36,528 nt of DNA. Origin: a virus (lineage: Duplodnaviria > Caudoviricetes). The notes beneath the pieces were generated by a model. The model was not told the origin of the DNA, did no database searches, and saw nothing but the letters and a program-made list of their open reading frames with translations. Location: positions 1-36,528 of IMG/VR virus record IMGVR_UViG_3300010398_000020. One strand, 5' to 3'. The translations under genes were made by a program, and so were the position numbers. The number at the start of each line of letters is the position of its first letter. Position 1 is the first letter of the stretch. Shown piece after piece: positions 16,544 through 27,005 of this stretch.

Positions 16544-18474
16544 CCGCGCGTTCCTCCCGCGCCCACAGTATCCTCCGCGCCACCGGGCGGCGTCGCCGGT
16601 GGCGGGAGCGCGCGCATTTGTGACGCTGTAGCCGGCGCCGGTAATCCCTCGCGGAACGGTTTAATCGCGACGTTGACGCCGGGTTTCACGCCCGCCAGTT
16701 TTGGCCCCGTTAACTCGCTATCGCCGCTCAATGCACTTTTGTCGGCGCCGCTTAACGGCTCTTGCGGCAATGGACGATTGAGCCAGCGACCACGTGCCTG
16801 CGGCGTGCGTAACCACGCCTCCGTTAGCGGTACGGCACCGGGCAGCTTGCCGGCGAGGCGAGCCGGTTCCTTTGCCAACGCGACGCCGGTGCCGGCGATC
16901 CGCGCGGCATGACCGGCAAGGCGAGGCGATGTAGCCGCGAGCCCCGCGGCGGCGACTAGTCCCTTACCGGAGAGTGCTTCGCCGGCGCCTAGCGCCGTAA
17001 ACAGCCGCCCCATGCCGCCGCGCGAGGTAGTTTCGCCTAGCGCCATGCCCGATAACATGGCGCCGAGATTTGGCGCACCGTTGTCCTGCAAAAATTCAAT
17101 CAGCTTGCCGCGATGTGCGTATGCGCTACTGACATTGTTGCGCAATCCCGACGATAGCTTGCGCAAGGTCATGCCGGCGTTGGCGTCTTTCCCGAGGCTC
17201 AATTCCCTCTGCACTTGTTTGAGGTCATCCGTCGCCGTTTGATACGCCATCATTACCTTGCCGTATTCCGGCGACTTGGCGTTGATCGTGTCGCGAACCG
17301 CGCGCGTGACGGAATTAATCACGTGCCCGCCCGAGTTCGCGCGCCCAAACTGATCTTGAAATTCCGGCCGCTCCGCTAGCTGTTGCAATTTTTGTTTCAT
17401 CGCGTCGGCGATTTCCACCGTGAAATCGTCGGGAGGCAATTTGCGAAATTCCGACAATACTTCCTCAACGGCTTGCACCGCTTTTTCCGATAGCGGGTTT
17501 TTAGTGAGCCGCACGCCGCTCTTGGTAATGACGGTGTGATCGTTGAGTGCGTCGATTAGCGCGTCGTCAATGTCCTGAAACGGCAACGGCGTTTGATTGA
17601 GTTTTACCTTCGCCATTTCTTGCTGATAAATCTTGCCGCGCTTCTGGATTAGTTCGCTAACCGCCTTTTGCGCATAGCTCGCGGTTTCCTCTGGCGCCGT
17701 TGCGCCAGTGAAAGCGTCAACAAATGCCTTGTATCGCGCCGGATCGGCGAACCGATTAGCGGCGGCGGACACGGCTTGCCGAATAGGCTCGCCGGTTGTC
17801 CCGGTTGCAACACCGTAAACGTCGGTGCCGGCCCGATATATTCCCTTGCCGGCAAGCCCGGCGGCTTTGCCGGCGAGCGTAACCGGATTGACGTAGGCAC
17901 TTGTCGCCTTCGCCACGTCCGCGGCTTTGCCGGCTGCACTCGCAACTTTAGCGGCGCCGCTTACTTTACCCGCTAGCTCCGCGCCGCGGAGTGCAACGCC
18001 GCCGCCACCGATAACCGTCGAGGCGTCTGACAAGAACCCTACCGGATCGGTCGCGATCGTGTGCTTGAGCGCTTCAACGCTGCCGTAGCGGTCCATAAAC
18101 AATTTGCCGATCATTTGCGCATAGATGCGCCGATCGTTCTTGTGTTCCGCCGGCAACGTGATCCCGAGCGCGTCGGTCACTAATTGACCGGCGCCCTCTA
18201 ACGTGTACGCGATCCCCTTTGTCGTTTCGCCGGGATGCCGAACCGCGCTGTAAATATCCGAGGCGGCTTGCTCGCCGCTGTGCAGGATCGTCGTCGGGTC
18301 TATCGCGCTCTTGAGCGTTTGGCCCCATGTTTGTGCCGGCAATGACACCCACTCGCCCGTGTCAGGGTCTTGCGCCATGCGGTGACCGGCGTCGTTTTCC
18401 GCGACGGTCGCGCGCACCCATTTCCCGCCTTTCAGCGCTACTGCTTCGCCTTTGTCATTCACGGCGATCGGCAT
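16540..18474 (-). CDS. Probable internal virion/DNA ejection protein
   Basis: 644 aa Ala/Gly-rich and helical. Third of three large genes downstream of the tail proteins, as in podoviruses. Confidence 0.65.
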   Translation of the reverse strand: MPIAVNDKGEAVALKGGKWVRATVAENDAGHRMAQDPDTGEWVSLPAQTWGQTLKSAIDPTTILHSGEQAASDIYSAVRHPGETTKGIAYTLEGAGQLVTDALGITLPAEHKNDRRIYAQMIGKLFMDRYGSVEALKHTIATDPVGFLSDASTVIGGGGVALRGAELAGKVSGAAKVASAAGKAADVAKATSAYVNPVTLAGKAAGLAGKGIYRAGTDVYGVATGTTGEPIRQAVSAAANRFADPARYKAFVDAFTGATAPEETASYAQKAVSELIQKRGKIYQQEMAKVKLNQTPLPFQDIDDALIDALNDHTVITKSGVRLTKNPLSEKAVQAVEEVLSEFRKLPPDDFTVEIADAMKQKLQQLAERPEFQDQFGRANSGGHVINSVTRAVRDTINAKSPEYGKVMMAYQTATDDLKQVQRELSLGKDANAGMTLRKLSSGLRNNVSSAYAHRGKLIEFLQDNGAPNLGAMLSGMALGETTSRGGMGRLFTALGAGEALSGKGLVAAAGLAATSPRLAGHAARIAGTGVALAKEPARLAGKLPGAVPLTEAWLRTPQARGRWLNRPLPQEPLSGADKSALSGDSELTGPKLAGVKPGVNVAIKPFREGLPAPATASQMRALPPPATPPGGAEDTVGAGGTRG

Positions 18475-20097
18475 TTATCCGCCTCCGTGTTGAATGATCT
18501 TGTACCCGCCGGGTAGTGCCGGTGGCCCCGCCGCCGGCGGCGCCGCCGCGGCGGGTTCCTCGCCACCTTCAAGCGGTGCCGCTCCGACGACACCGCTTGT
18601 TGGTTGATTGCCGGTTGTCCCGGTGTAGCGATTAGCGGCGCCGGGTCCGTAGGTTTGCATCAGCGGGATTGCTTGCATTCGGAACCGCGTTATCCGGCGC
18701 ATTTCGTCTAGCGCCGCGGCCATTGTGTTCACGTCATCGGAAGCGTTGATTTGATCGCGTGCCGCCTCCCATGCCGGCTCTGTCGGAGCGTACCCGCCGC
18801 TTTCGACTTGCGCCGCGTCACCTCGCAACTGTCCGATCGCCGACAAATAGCGCCGCACGACTTCCAACTCTGGACTACCGGGGGCCAATTCGACCGCCTT
18901 GCGCATCCTCTTTTCGTTCCACCAACGAAAATCCGTCAAATTGAGTTGTTCCGATAGGTCTTTCACTCGGTCAATTTGTTGATCGAGGGTCCGCAACGAT
19001 CCCTCAAATTTCTGCATTTGATTGCTATTGACGGCTTGCACCGCTTTCTTCGCCGCCTGCCATTCGAGTTCTAGCTTGGTGAGCGGCACGCCTTTCTTTG
19101 CCAGCGCTGCCGCGGTGAACGGCGCCGCACGTCCGAGCCGCACCATGTCCGGCGGGTAATCCCCGCGGATCATCGCGTCGGATATTTCGTCGCCTTGCGT
19201 CTCGTAGACTTTCTGTTGATCCTGATTTGCCTTGCTAGTCGTATCTTTGAGAATTTGTATTTGATTGTTGTATTCGTCCGGGTCCTCTTTCTTTAGCTTG
19301 CTCATGTAATCGAGCCATTGCGGCGAGCCCTTTTGAAAAAGCCTTTGGTTCATCTTGTCGTGCGCTTGCTTCACCTTTTCCATTTCGGTATTGAATTTGT
19401 TTTGCGCTTCGTCATTCTTCATGATGATTTCGGCGAGCGCTGTAAAATTCTTGTCACGCGCCGCTTGTGCGGCAATTTCATCGCGATACTTGTTGGAGAC
19501 TAGCTCCATCATCGACATTTTCTGTTCAATGTCGTAGTGCCGCGCCTCCATGACGGCCTTATATTCGTTCATTTTCTGCTCGTTGTTTTCGCGGGTCGCG
19601 CGCGCGTTGGCTTCCCATTGCTTATAGGACCGGTTGTAATTTTCGATGTTGCCTTGCGCGAGCCCTTCATTCATGCCGGCAATCGCGTTGAGCGATTGCG
19701 TTGCGCTCCGTCGCCCGAGCGCGCCGGCAAGAGCGCCAACTAACAATGCGGCTTGCGACCAATTCCACATTGCTTCCGTTCCGGGTGACTGAAACGGCTG
19801 TTGTTTTTGCATCTGCGGGCGCGCCGGCGCCGGTTGTGCCATTGTCCGCGCCAGCGAAGAACGATAGGGCGCTAATTCCTTTTCACGGCGCCCTAAAATG
19901 TCTTGCTCCTCCGCGCCTAATTGTTGCCGCGCCTCGAAAATGTCTGCGGCGTGCGTCTGAAATTTCGGTAGCTGCGGCGCCTCCGTCGGTGCCGGCGGTT
20001 CCGCACCGGGCGGCGGCGTGTCTTTAAGTGGCGGCTGCACCACAACGGGTTGATTAGGGTCGTTTGCCGCTACGGTATCGGGCGCGTCATCTGCCAT
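18475..20097 (-). CDS. Probable internal virion/DNA ejection protein (coiled-coil)
   Basis: 540 aa Q/E/K/A-rich helical protein with one hydrophobic segment. Gene position supports the call. Confidence 0.65.
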   Translation of the reverse strand: MADDAPDTVAANDPNQPVVVQPPLKDTPPPGAEPPAPTEAPQLPKFQTHAADIFEARQQLGAEEQDILGRREKELAPYRSSLARTMAQPAPARPQMQKQQPFQSPGTEAMWNWSQAALLVGALAGALGRRSATQSLNAIAGMNEGLAQGNIENYNRSYKQWEANARATRENNEQKMNEYKAVMEARHYDIEQKMSMMELVSNKYRDEIAAQAARDKNFTALAEIIMKNDEAQNKFNTEMEKVKQAHDKMNQRLFQKGSPQWLDYMSKLKKEDPDEYNNQIQILKDTTSKANQDQQKVYETQGDEISDAMIRGDYPPDMVRLGRAAPFTAAALAKKGVPLTKLELEWQAAKKAVQAVNSNQMQKFEGSLRTLDQQIDRVKDLSEQLNLTDFRWWNEKRMRKAVELAPGSPELEVVRRYLSAIGQLRGDAAQVESGGYAPTEPAWEAARDQINASDDVNTMAAALDEMRRITRFRMQAIPLMQTYGPGAANRYTGTTGNQPTSGVVGAAPLEGGEEPAAAAPPAAGPPALPGGYKIIQHGGG

Positions 20098-20104
20098 AGG
20101 TCAC

Positions 20105-21562
20105 CTATGACGGTGTTACGGTTGAACCCGGAGGCGCATTGATCGTGACGTTACCGCCGCGCCCGCCGCTGAGTGCCGCCATCATTCCGAACGATGAAAG
20201 CGCGCTACTCATTGACTGATTGAAAGCGTTGTCGAGCGACACTTGTTGCTGTGCGGCGCCGGTCAATGTGTTTGATGCCGCCGTTTCGAATGACAACCCA
20301 TTCTGTATCATCGTTTGAATGATTGCCGAACGCTGCGCGAGCGCTTGCGCGTCGATTTGTGCCGACGCTTGCGCAAAATCGGTCGAGGAGTGCGGGTCAA
20401 TACCGCGCGAGGCATAGAGTTGATAGAGTTGGTTTTTCTGTCCCTGCACCCATTGATCTATCTGCGCTTGCTGCGCTGGCAAAATCTGTCCTTGCTGCGC
20501 GAGTTGGAGTTGCGTGGCGCCAAACGTGGCTTGTTGATTTGCAAGGTCGATCGCGCCTCGCTCTTGCGGCGGGAGTTGTCCCGGCCCGCGGAGGAATTGC
20601 GCGCCGATAACGCCCAACGGCAGCCCGTATTTGACCCACGGCGATCCGAGCGCGCCTTCAATACCCTTGCCGAGCCCGCCGAGATTAAACCCGCCGGCGC
20701 CCGCACCGCCGCCAGTGCTGATCGAGCTAGCCCCTATGTCCCCGGCCGCGCTCGCGGACCCGCCGCCACCCGTGGTTAACGCTGTGTCAATCGCTTGCGC
20801 GGCCGGCGCGCCGCCGCCCGGTGCCGCACTCGCCGGCGTTCCCGCAAACGACAACGGGCTTTGTTCCGCGGCGGTTGCCGCTTGGCTAAACGTGCCGCCC
20901 GTGGGCATAGCCTCGCCGGTGTCCGGCAAGGGGAAACGTCCGGCCACGGTTTCGGCCGGCGACGCCACGTCCGGCAATTCGCCCGCGAGCGGAACGTCTG
21001 ACACACCTCCGCCGGCCGTGACGCCCGTCAAATCGCCACCTCCGACGCCGATTAACCCTCCTTCGTCCGCCGCCTCAAGTGCCGCAACGTCTGTGCCCAC
21101 GCCGCCTACGCCGCCCTCGATGCCGGCCGCTCCGCCGCCTAACAGGGTATCGAGCGAGCCGCCGGCAAACGCTTCGGTGCCGCCTTCGAGCGCGGCGCCC
21201 GTCCACGGCGCGACCGTAATATCCACCGCGCTCGGTATCGCCTCCGCTGCGGCTACGTCCGCCGCGGTGCCACCAATGCCGGCTTCGATCCCCGCGGCAC
21301 CTTCGCCAAACGCTTCCGCGCCCGCGCCGCCGAGTAGTTCGCCGCCGAACCCGCCGGCCGCCGCTGCTTCTCCGCCAGCCTCCGCCGCCGCCGCACCGCC
21401 TAATAGCTCCGGGGCAAGAGCGCCGGCGAGTAGCCCGCCGGTCGCGACCGCGCCGACGCCAAGCGCGACGGGTAACAGCCAGCTTTCATTGGAAGCGGCC
21501 CAACTCCCAACGTCCGAAACGACGTTTTCGATGCCGTGCCATGCGTCCGAGAGCCAAGACAT
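20105..21562 (-). CDS. Probable DNA transfer/ejection protein (Gly/Ala-rich, acidic)
   Basis: Amphipathic MSWLSDAWHGIENVV start, TM-like segment, low-complexity G/A/E region and Q-rich C-terminus. Confidence 0.65.
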   Translation of the reverse strand: MSWLSDAWHGIENVVSDVGSWAASNESWLLPVALGVGAVATGGLLAGALAPELLGGAAAAEAGGEAAAAGGFGGELLGGAGAEAFGEGAAGIEAGIGGTAADVAAAEAIPSAVDITVAPWTGAALEGGTEAFAGGSLDTLLGGGAAGIEGGVGGVGTDVAALEAADEGGLIGVGGGDLTGVTAGGGVSDVPLAGELPDVASPAETVAGRFPLPDTGEAMPTGGTFSQAATAAEQSPLSFAGTPASAAPGGGAPAAQAIDTALTTGGGGSASAAGDIGASSISTGGGAGAGGFNLGGLGKGIEGALGSPWVKYGLPLGVIGAQFLRGPGQLPPQERGAIDLANQQATFGATQLQLAQQGQILPAQQAQIDQWVQGQKNQLYQLYASRGIDPHSSTDFAQASAQIDAQALAQRSAIIQTMIQNGLSFETAASNTLTGAAQQQVSLDNAFNQSMSSALSSFGMMAALSGGRGGNVTINAPPGSTVTPS

Positions 21563-21572
21563 TTGCTTGCTC

Positions 21573-21929
21573 CTACGTCAAATTGAGCGCTTGCCTGATC
21601 GCGCGGTGTTCCGAGGCGTGGTTGTCCATCCACACAAACCAAAATTCGTCGTTGTTTAGATCGCCCTCCGACAAATCAATCGCGCTGTCCACCTTGCTAA
21701 ACTGCCGCAAAGCATCGTGAATGCTCGCGTGATAGCCCATCCATTGCGTGAGTAAATTCGGATCGTCAAAAACGATTGTCGAAATATCGTAATCGGGAAT
21801 GATGAACGGCGGCGATGCCGCCTGCCCTAGCTCAATGAATTGGCGGTGCTCTAGATAGTGTTCCATGCGCCAAATCGAGAACCCGTCGGGGTCCTTCGGC
21901 AACACCGTGTCGTGAAAGAAAATCGCCAT
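21573..21929 (-). CDS. His-rich hypothetical protein (118 aa)
   Basis: Start MAIFFHD at 21929, 2 nt after the upstream stop. Three HxxxH motifs (HYLEH, HASIH, HASEH). Confidence 0.75.
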   Translation of the reverse strand: MAIFFHDTVLPKDPDGFSIWRMEHYLEHRQFIELGQAASPPFIIPDYDISTIVFDDPNLLTQWMGYHASIHDALRQFSKVDSAIDLSEGDLNNDEFWFVWMDNHASEHRAIRQALNLT

Positions 21930-21931
21930 TC

Positions 21932-23731
21932 CTACCGCTCCGGTTTCGATGCCATTACGGTTGCGTCTTGATATTCTATCACAAACGAGTTGAAAGACAT
22001 TTGCGCGACGCTGCCGGTGACCGTAAGCCCGAGATAAAGCCCCGTCGCCGCCGCTTGCCCGCGCTGCCAGAAAAACCCGGTTCCTAGCCACGTAACGAGT
22101 TGCCCGAGGCTATTAATCCAATTCACGACCTGTCCCATCGAGTTAATCCATGTCACCGGATTGCCGGCGACATAGCTCGTAAACCCGACGTTTGAATTTT
22201 CGCTATCAACGGACCCGCTTATCGTTTGCCCGCCGGTGACGTTCTGTCCGATCCCAAACCGGATAGCGCGCTTTTGCTGATACGGCTTGCTATGGTCCGC
22301 GAGCGCGAGTTGTAGAATGATCGGAACCGGCGCCGTCGGCTGTTGTAGGATTTGCGTAATGTCCGGTCCGCTACTCGCAAACGTCTCGATTGTGCCGGCG
22401 ATCGGAGCGTGACAACACGACAGTATGTTTGCGCCCTGATTAATGACGTACCAGCGTTTTTCCGCAAACGAGAGCAAAAGCGACCGGGTGCCGCGGAACG
22501 GGTCAACGTATCTGACCAGCACCATGTAGGTGCGAACGGACGTAATGTCCGCGAGCGCTGCCTGTAGTGGTTGCGTGAAATCGAGCTTTGAGAATATCCC
22601 ATCCATAGGGCTTGAGATTTTTTCAACGCTAGCGCCAAAAATGGCGTAGGCACCAATCTTGTTCGCAAAAAACACAAGCCGGTTATAGGACAGGATTGTA
22701 CGTTGAAAGGTTGTGCCCACGTCCGATGAAAGCGTAACGATCGTGAAATTCGTAGTCGAGCCGCTAACGCTGATCGTTCCGATTTGTTTGATCGAGTTGT
22801 CGCCGAAAATGAAAAGGTAATTGTTGAGTGCGCGGAGTGCAAAAATCGAATGCACAAGATCGGCGTCGGTCACCGTGAGCGAACCGGAGGCGTTCGCGGT
22901 GCTGCTATCATCAAATCCGCCGGTGCCGGTCCACGTCAATACGCGCCCGCTGGCGATCCACACGCGCCCTTGATACACGGCGAGCGTGGTCGGTGGTGTG
23001 CCGGCGGGGAATGAGAAGAACGGCCAGATTTTTGCCGTCGCGGTCGCCGGCGTTGTCGGACTACCGCCGCTGAAATTGACCGTGAGCGTGTCGCCCGCGT
23101 GATACCCGCTGCCCGCACTATCAATAACGACCGAGGTTACTACGCCGCCGACAACAACCGCATGGGCGAGAACGCCGGTGCCGGACCCGCCGGTAATCGT
23201 GACCGATGGCACACTCCCGTAACCAACCCCGCCGTTGGTGATTGTGACCGTCGGCGCGACGCTGCCGGTTTTGATGAATACGGTTCCGTCCCACGTGCAG
23301 TAACCAGCAACCGGGTCCGCGATGAGCACCCGTTGCGATTGCCATTGCGTCACATCCGGCGTTGACGAAAACGTGCCGGGTCCACCGATCGTAACTTGCG
23401 CGCCCGTAGAAATGTCCACCTGATAGCCGGCGCCATCCTCCGTGAAACAAATCAAATAGTCGTTATTGTTATAGTTTGCGTAAACTTGCGTAGATATTAG
23501 CTTGCCCAAGATTTGCGTTAATGGCGGTTCTGGCCCATCAACAGCAACAAGCTGATTGTCGGCGAGTATTTGCAGATTTTCGCACCATGCTAGTCGCTGC
23601 GGCGGGAGTGACGCACGCGCGCGCTGCGTGTCCATCGTCTCAAACTTGTTGAAAACCAAATATTCTTTGGTGGCCGTCTGCGTGGACGTTATCGCGCCGC
23701 CGCCACGTGTTTGTTGTGGCTGTAAGGCCAT
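21932..23731 (-). CDS. Tail nozzle/packaged-DNA stabilisation-like protein
   Basis: 599 aa beta-rich, directly after the adaptor. Inserted GG.GY..P.V domain. Confidence 0.65.
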   Translation of the reverse strand: MALQPQQTRGGGAITSTQTATKEYLVFNKFETMDTQRARASLPPQRLAWCENLQILADNQLVAVDGPEPPLTQILGKLISTQVYANYNNNDYLICFTEDGAGYQVDISTGAQVTIGGPGTFSSTPDVTQWQSQRVLIADPVAGYCTWDGTVFIKTGSVAPTVTITNGGVGYGSVPSVTITGGSGTGVLAHAVVVGGVVTSVVIDSAGSGYHAGDTLTVNFSGGSPTTPATATAKIWPFFSFPAGTPPTTLAVYQGRVWIASGRVLTWTGTGGFDDSSTANASGSLTVTDADLVHSIFALRALNNYLFIFGDNSIKQIGTISVSGSTTNFTIVTLSSDVGTTFQRTILSYNRLVFFANKIGAYAIFGASVEKISSPMDGIFSKLDFTQPLQAALADITSVRTYMVLVRYVDPFRGTRSLLLSFAEKRWYVINQGANILSCCHAPIAGTIETFASSGPDITQILQQPTAPVPIILQLALADHSKPYQQKRAIRFGIGQNVTGGQTISGSVDSENSNVGFTSYVAGNPVTWINSMGQVVNWINSLGQLVTWLGTGFFWQRGQAAATGLYLGLTVTGSVAQMSFNSFVIEYQDATVMASKPER

Positions 23732-23734
23732 AGC

Positions 23735-24637
23735 TCACAGCCTTGACATTCGACGCCACCAATTCTGATAGACAGAAATGATGCGCCGATCCTGTCGCTG
23801 CATTATCATCTTCTCAACGCGGGCTTGATATTTTTGCTGCAAAAACTCCGCTTGCTCCCAATTTTGCGACTTCAAAATAGCTTTGTGCCCCGCATACCAT
23901 TGCACGCAATCGGACGTCGGCGGGATGATTTGCGTATCAACGTCGGTCGGGGCGACTAACGGAGTTGGTAACGCAATCGCGTCTATATCAACGAGGTACG
24001 TTTGATCGGGTATCGGACAAAGAAAGGTGATGTTGGCTTCCTGAATTTGCGACCAGATAGATGACGGGCGCCGGAATTGCGTGTAGGCGCGACAGAACGC
24101 TTGAAACGGCGTGAACGGGAGCCAGCGCAACGTGTAGCGGAGCGTTCCGTTGAGCAACGAAATCGAGTTCCAATCGAACACGTTAAACGTGCACATAGCT
24201 TTCGCGGTCGCAGGCGTGCCAACGCCGGGCGGAGCAATCGACATGGTTGGCTGCGCGACATAGCCGGCGCCCCAATTCGTCATGTTGATTTGCTGTACCG
24301 CGGTGGTGAGGCCGGTCGGGTCTACCACCGCAACCGCCGTCGCTTGTGTTCCGCCCGCCGGCGGTGCGCTGATCGTGACAGCGGGAGGCGATACCGCTGA
24401 GTAGCCGCTACCGCCGGCGGTGACGGTGCCACCAATCACGGCACCGAAAATCGGATACTGTTCCTGATTTGCGATGATTGTCGCGTTCTGGAACAATATC
24501 CGAACGCAATGCGTGTCGAGCGCGACGCGCTCACGTCCAGCATTCACAAAATTTGTTAGCTCGGTCGGGGAGTAATCCAACCCCGCGAGGTCATGCACTA
24601 GTTCTTGGACTTGTAACGTATAGTCCTGTAGTTGCAC
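23735..24637 (-). CDS. Head-tail adaptor-like protein
   Basis: Helical N- and C-termini (ELTNFVNAG; P.P...Y motifs) with an inserted GGSGY..P domain. Gene position supports the call. Confidence 0.65.
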   Translation of the reverse strand: MQLQDYTLQVQELVHDLAGLDYSPTELTNFVNAGRERVALDTHCVRILFQNATIIANQEQYPIFGAVIGGTVTAGGSGYSAVSPPAVTISAPPAGGTQATAVAVVDPTGLTTAVQQINMTNWGAGYVAQPTMSIAPPGVGTPATAKAMCTFNVFDWNSISLLNGTLRYTLRWLPFTPFQAFCRAYTQFRRPSSIWSQIQEANITFLCPIPDQTYLVDIDAIALPTPLVAPTDVDTQIIPPTSDCVQWYAGHKAILKSQNWEQAEFLQQKYQARVEKMIMQRQDRRIISVYQNWWRRMSRL

Positions 24638-24643
24638 GGCCCA

Positions 24644-25042
24644 TTACGCACGTCGCGTTGTCTCGCGCGCCCCTAGTTCGATCGGCAGCGCGTCGGCGGC
24701 TTCCTCCTCCGACACCTCTACCAGTTTGAAATGTGCGCTTTGGATTGAAAACTTGTCCCAAAACCGCTGCGCCTTGTCTCGCCATTGCGGCGTATTCCAG
24801 CCCCACCGCTTCTGCACGTGCTGAAACATTTGTGCGTGCGTCGCGCTTTCGGTCCAGCCGAAAATGTGGTGCGCGGCGTCCGCCGGCATTTTTAGTTCCT
24901 TGCCGGGTTCAAACACATAGGGAACGCTGTCATACATATCCGACAACGCAAAATCGTTCTTGTTGGTGACCTTCACCAACGTATGTCGCACCGGGCGTTC
25001 ATTTAGGTCCCGGTCGAGCACCGGCATTGGAGGGTTAGGCAT
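24644..25042 (-). CDS. Hypothetical protein in the head module
   Basis: AAGGA RBS. 132 aa, contiguous in the operon. Confidence 0.75.
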   Translation of the reverse strand: MPNPPMPVLDRDLNERPVRHTLVKVTNKNDFALSDMYDSVPYVFEPGKELKMPADAAHHIFGWTESATHAQMFQHVQKRWGWNTPQWRDKAQRFWDKFSIQSAHFKLVEVSEEEAADALPIELGARETTRRA

Positions 25043-25051
25043 TGCGTTCCT

Positions 25052-25966
25052 TTACGACGTGATAGCCGGGAATAGATACGAGGTATCGTTAGCCGCGGCG
25101 GCGCCGACGGTGCTTGTGAGGGTCGCGGCACCGGCGCCGGTAATCGTCGGGGTGACGGTGCCGGAATAACCGACGCCGCCATAGGTAAGGACCGCACCGG
25201 TGAGGGTGCCAGAACTCGCGGAAAGCGGGGTCGCCGACGTCCAGTTGAGAATTGCGCCGCCGGACACCGGCACGATGCCGGTCATGGCGAAGTAATTCAA
25301 ACCGGGAGGCGGGAGCCCGACGGTGCCGGGCGGAACCGCGGTCACGGGCGGCGTCGTATTCGGCGGGATGGCCGCGGACGGATTGAGGGTGATTTGCGGG
25401 AGCACGAAAATGTTGGGCGTCGAGGAATAACCAGCGCCGGCGTTGACCACCGTCACGGTGTTGATGGCGCCGCCGGCGGTGATCGTCGCAACCGCCGTCG
25501 CCTGAATGCCGCCAACCGGCGGAGGGTCAATCACAATGACGGGCGGACACGTAAAGCCGCTTCCGGCCGCGGTGACCGTGACGCCGCCGCCAAGCGCGCC
25601 GCCAATGATCGGGTAGCCGGTCGCGTTGCTGTTGGCGGTGCCGGCCGGGATGGTGAGCGCAACGCCCGCCGGGTTGATGCCGTTGTTTGGAGCCCCGGTG
25701 CCGGCCGCCGAGATGCCAAGCGCGAGTAGCGTGCCGGTGATGTTCAACAGGCGCCAGTTAATTCCATCGCTGTCGAACGCGACAAATTGCGACGGGGTGG
25801 CTGTCACGTTGCGCCACACAAGGGCTTGCGCATCGAACACCTGCAACACGGTTGCGGTGCCGAGTGACACGATGTAGTTGCCAGCCGGCGGATAGAACAA
25901 CCCGCCTTGCCCGAGTGATACTGCAATGGGTTTTTGACCCTGAGTGAATGCGCCGGCGATACGCAT
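25052..25966 (-). CDS. Putative capsid decoration/minor structural protein
   Basis: Immediately after the major capsid gene. G/T/A/P-rich with GSG[YF]..PP repeats. Confidence 0.65.
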   Translation of the reverse strand: MRIAGAFTQGQKPIAVSLGQGGLFYPPAGNYIVSLGTATVLQVFDAQALVWRNVTATPSQFVAFDSDGINWRLLNITGTLLALGISAAGTGAPNNGINPAGVALTIPAGTANSNATGYPIIGGALGGGVTVTAAGSGFTCPPVIVIDPPPVGGIQATAVATITAGGAINTVTVVNAGAGYSSTPNIFVLPQITLNPSAAIPPNTTPPVTAVPPGTVGLPPPGLNYFAMTGIVPVSGGAILNWTSATPLSASSGTLTGAVLTYGGVGYSGTVTPTITGAGAATLTSTVGAAAANDTSYLFPAITS

Positions 25967-25978
25967 GGCCGATCCCCC

Positions 25979-26986
25979 TTAGATGTTGAGGAATTGGAGG
26001 TTGGTGAACTTGCCGTGCGCTTTGCACTTATGGTCTACCAACTCCAACAAGGTTAAGAGTGCACCCACATAGCCAAATTGGCCGTTCGCCAAGGTGCTTT
26101 CAAAGCCGGTGAAATAGAACGCGGCTTTTTCGTGGACATACAAACTCAGATAGTCGTTGTTGATGAGATACAACGTGCCTTCCGGGCAATACGGATCGGC
26201 ATAGAACGGGACGCCAGCAACGTCGAGCGCACGGAACAAGGCTTGCACCTTGCCGGCGCCGAACGCGAGATTTGGCGTCACGTTGTAGCGTTCTTGTGAG
26301 GTGAAATCCTGCGCGAGTTGGGTCCACGTGCCAAACCCCAACAGGCCCATTTTAGGAATTTCGCCGGTCGCCTTCGTAACCTGCGCGATGTATTGCAGCA
26401 TGAGGTTACGGGTCGGCGCGGTGGGCGCGCCGTTGTTGACGACTTGCGAACGCCAGAAAGTTTGCGTTGATCGGTTGAGCCCGCCGTAGGTGGTGGCAAC
26501 CGTTCCGTCATCAATCGCCGCCGGCAAGCCGATCATCGCTTGCGTCTGCGCGATGTTGTTGAACACGTCGGTCGCAAACCTGTCGAGTGTGACGTTGGTT
26601 GCGTCGTTCATGCGCGCTTCGATGAGCGGCACAACGCTGTAGTCGATTTGAACAAGCCCCTCCATTCCGAGGAACGGAATTGCGGTCAAATAACCCTTCA
26701 AATTAAATTCGGCGTTCTGAATGCCGGGTGTGACGCCGGGTTGATTGAATGACCCGTCATAGCCGACGTTCTGCACCGTCACCATCGGGTTGCCCTGCAA
26801 CGGAACGGTGATCGGCGACAAGCCGCCGGACGCGACTTGCGCGTGCGCGAGCAACGCCGCCATTGTCGGCGTTGATTTCCAGAGTTGCACGAACACCTTT
26901 GGCAAGAATGCTCGGCGGACTGTTGCCGCAAGCTCGGCCGCTACCGCGCCTTGTTGCGGAATTATGCCAGAACCAAATTGCGGCAT
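25979..26986 (-). CDS. Major capsid protein
   Basis: 335 aa. GGGGAG RBS. GL.A.IDDG...YGGL.RS...W and G.P..ADPYCP.G.LY..N motifs. Follows the scaffold gene. Confidence 0.85.
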   Translation of the reverse strand: MPQFGSGIIPQQGAVAAELAATVRRAFLPKVFVQLWKSTPTMAALLAHAQVASGGLSPITVPLQGNPMVTVQNVGYDGSFNQPGVTPGIQNAEFNLKGYLTAIPFLGMEGLVQIDYSVVPLIEARMNDATNVTLDRFATDVFNNIAQTQAMIGLPAAIDDGTVATTYGGLNRSTQTFWRSQVVNNGAPTAPTRNLMLQYIAQVTKATGEIPKMGLLGFGTWTQLAQDFTSQERYNVTPNLAFGAGKVQALFRALDVAGVPFYADPYCPEGTLYLINNDYLSLYVHEKAAFYFTGFESTLANGQFGYVGALLTLLELVDHKCKAHGKFTNLQFLNI

Positions 26987-27005
26987 TGTTTCTTACTCCC
27001 CGCTG

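Noticed and set aside
20631-21659. 342-aa plus-strand ORF and other long antisense ORFs (e.g. 26790-27665, 27322-28134)
   Set aside because: They are shadow frames of GC-rich minus-strand genes, with no RBS or domain evidence.
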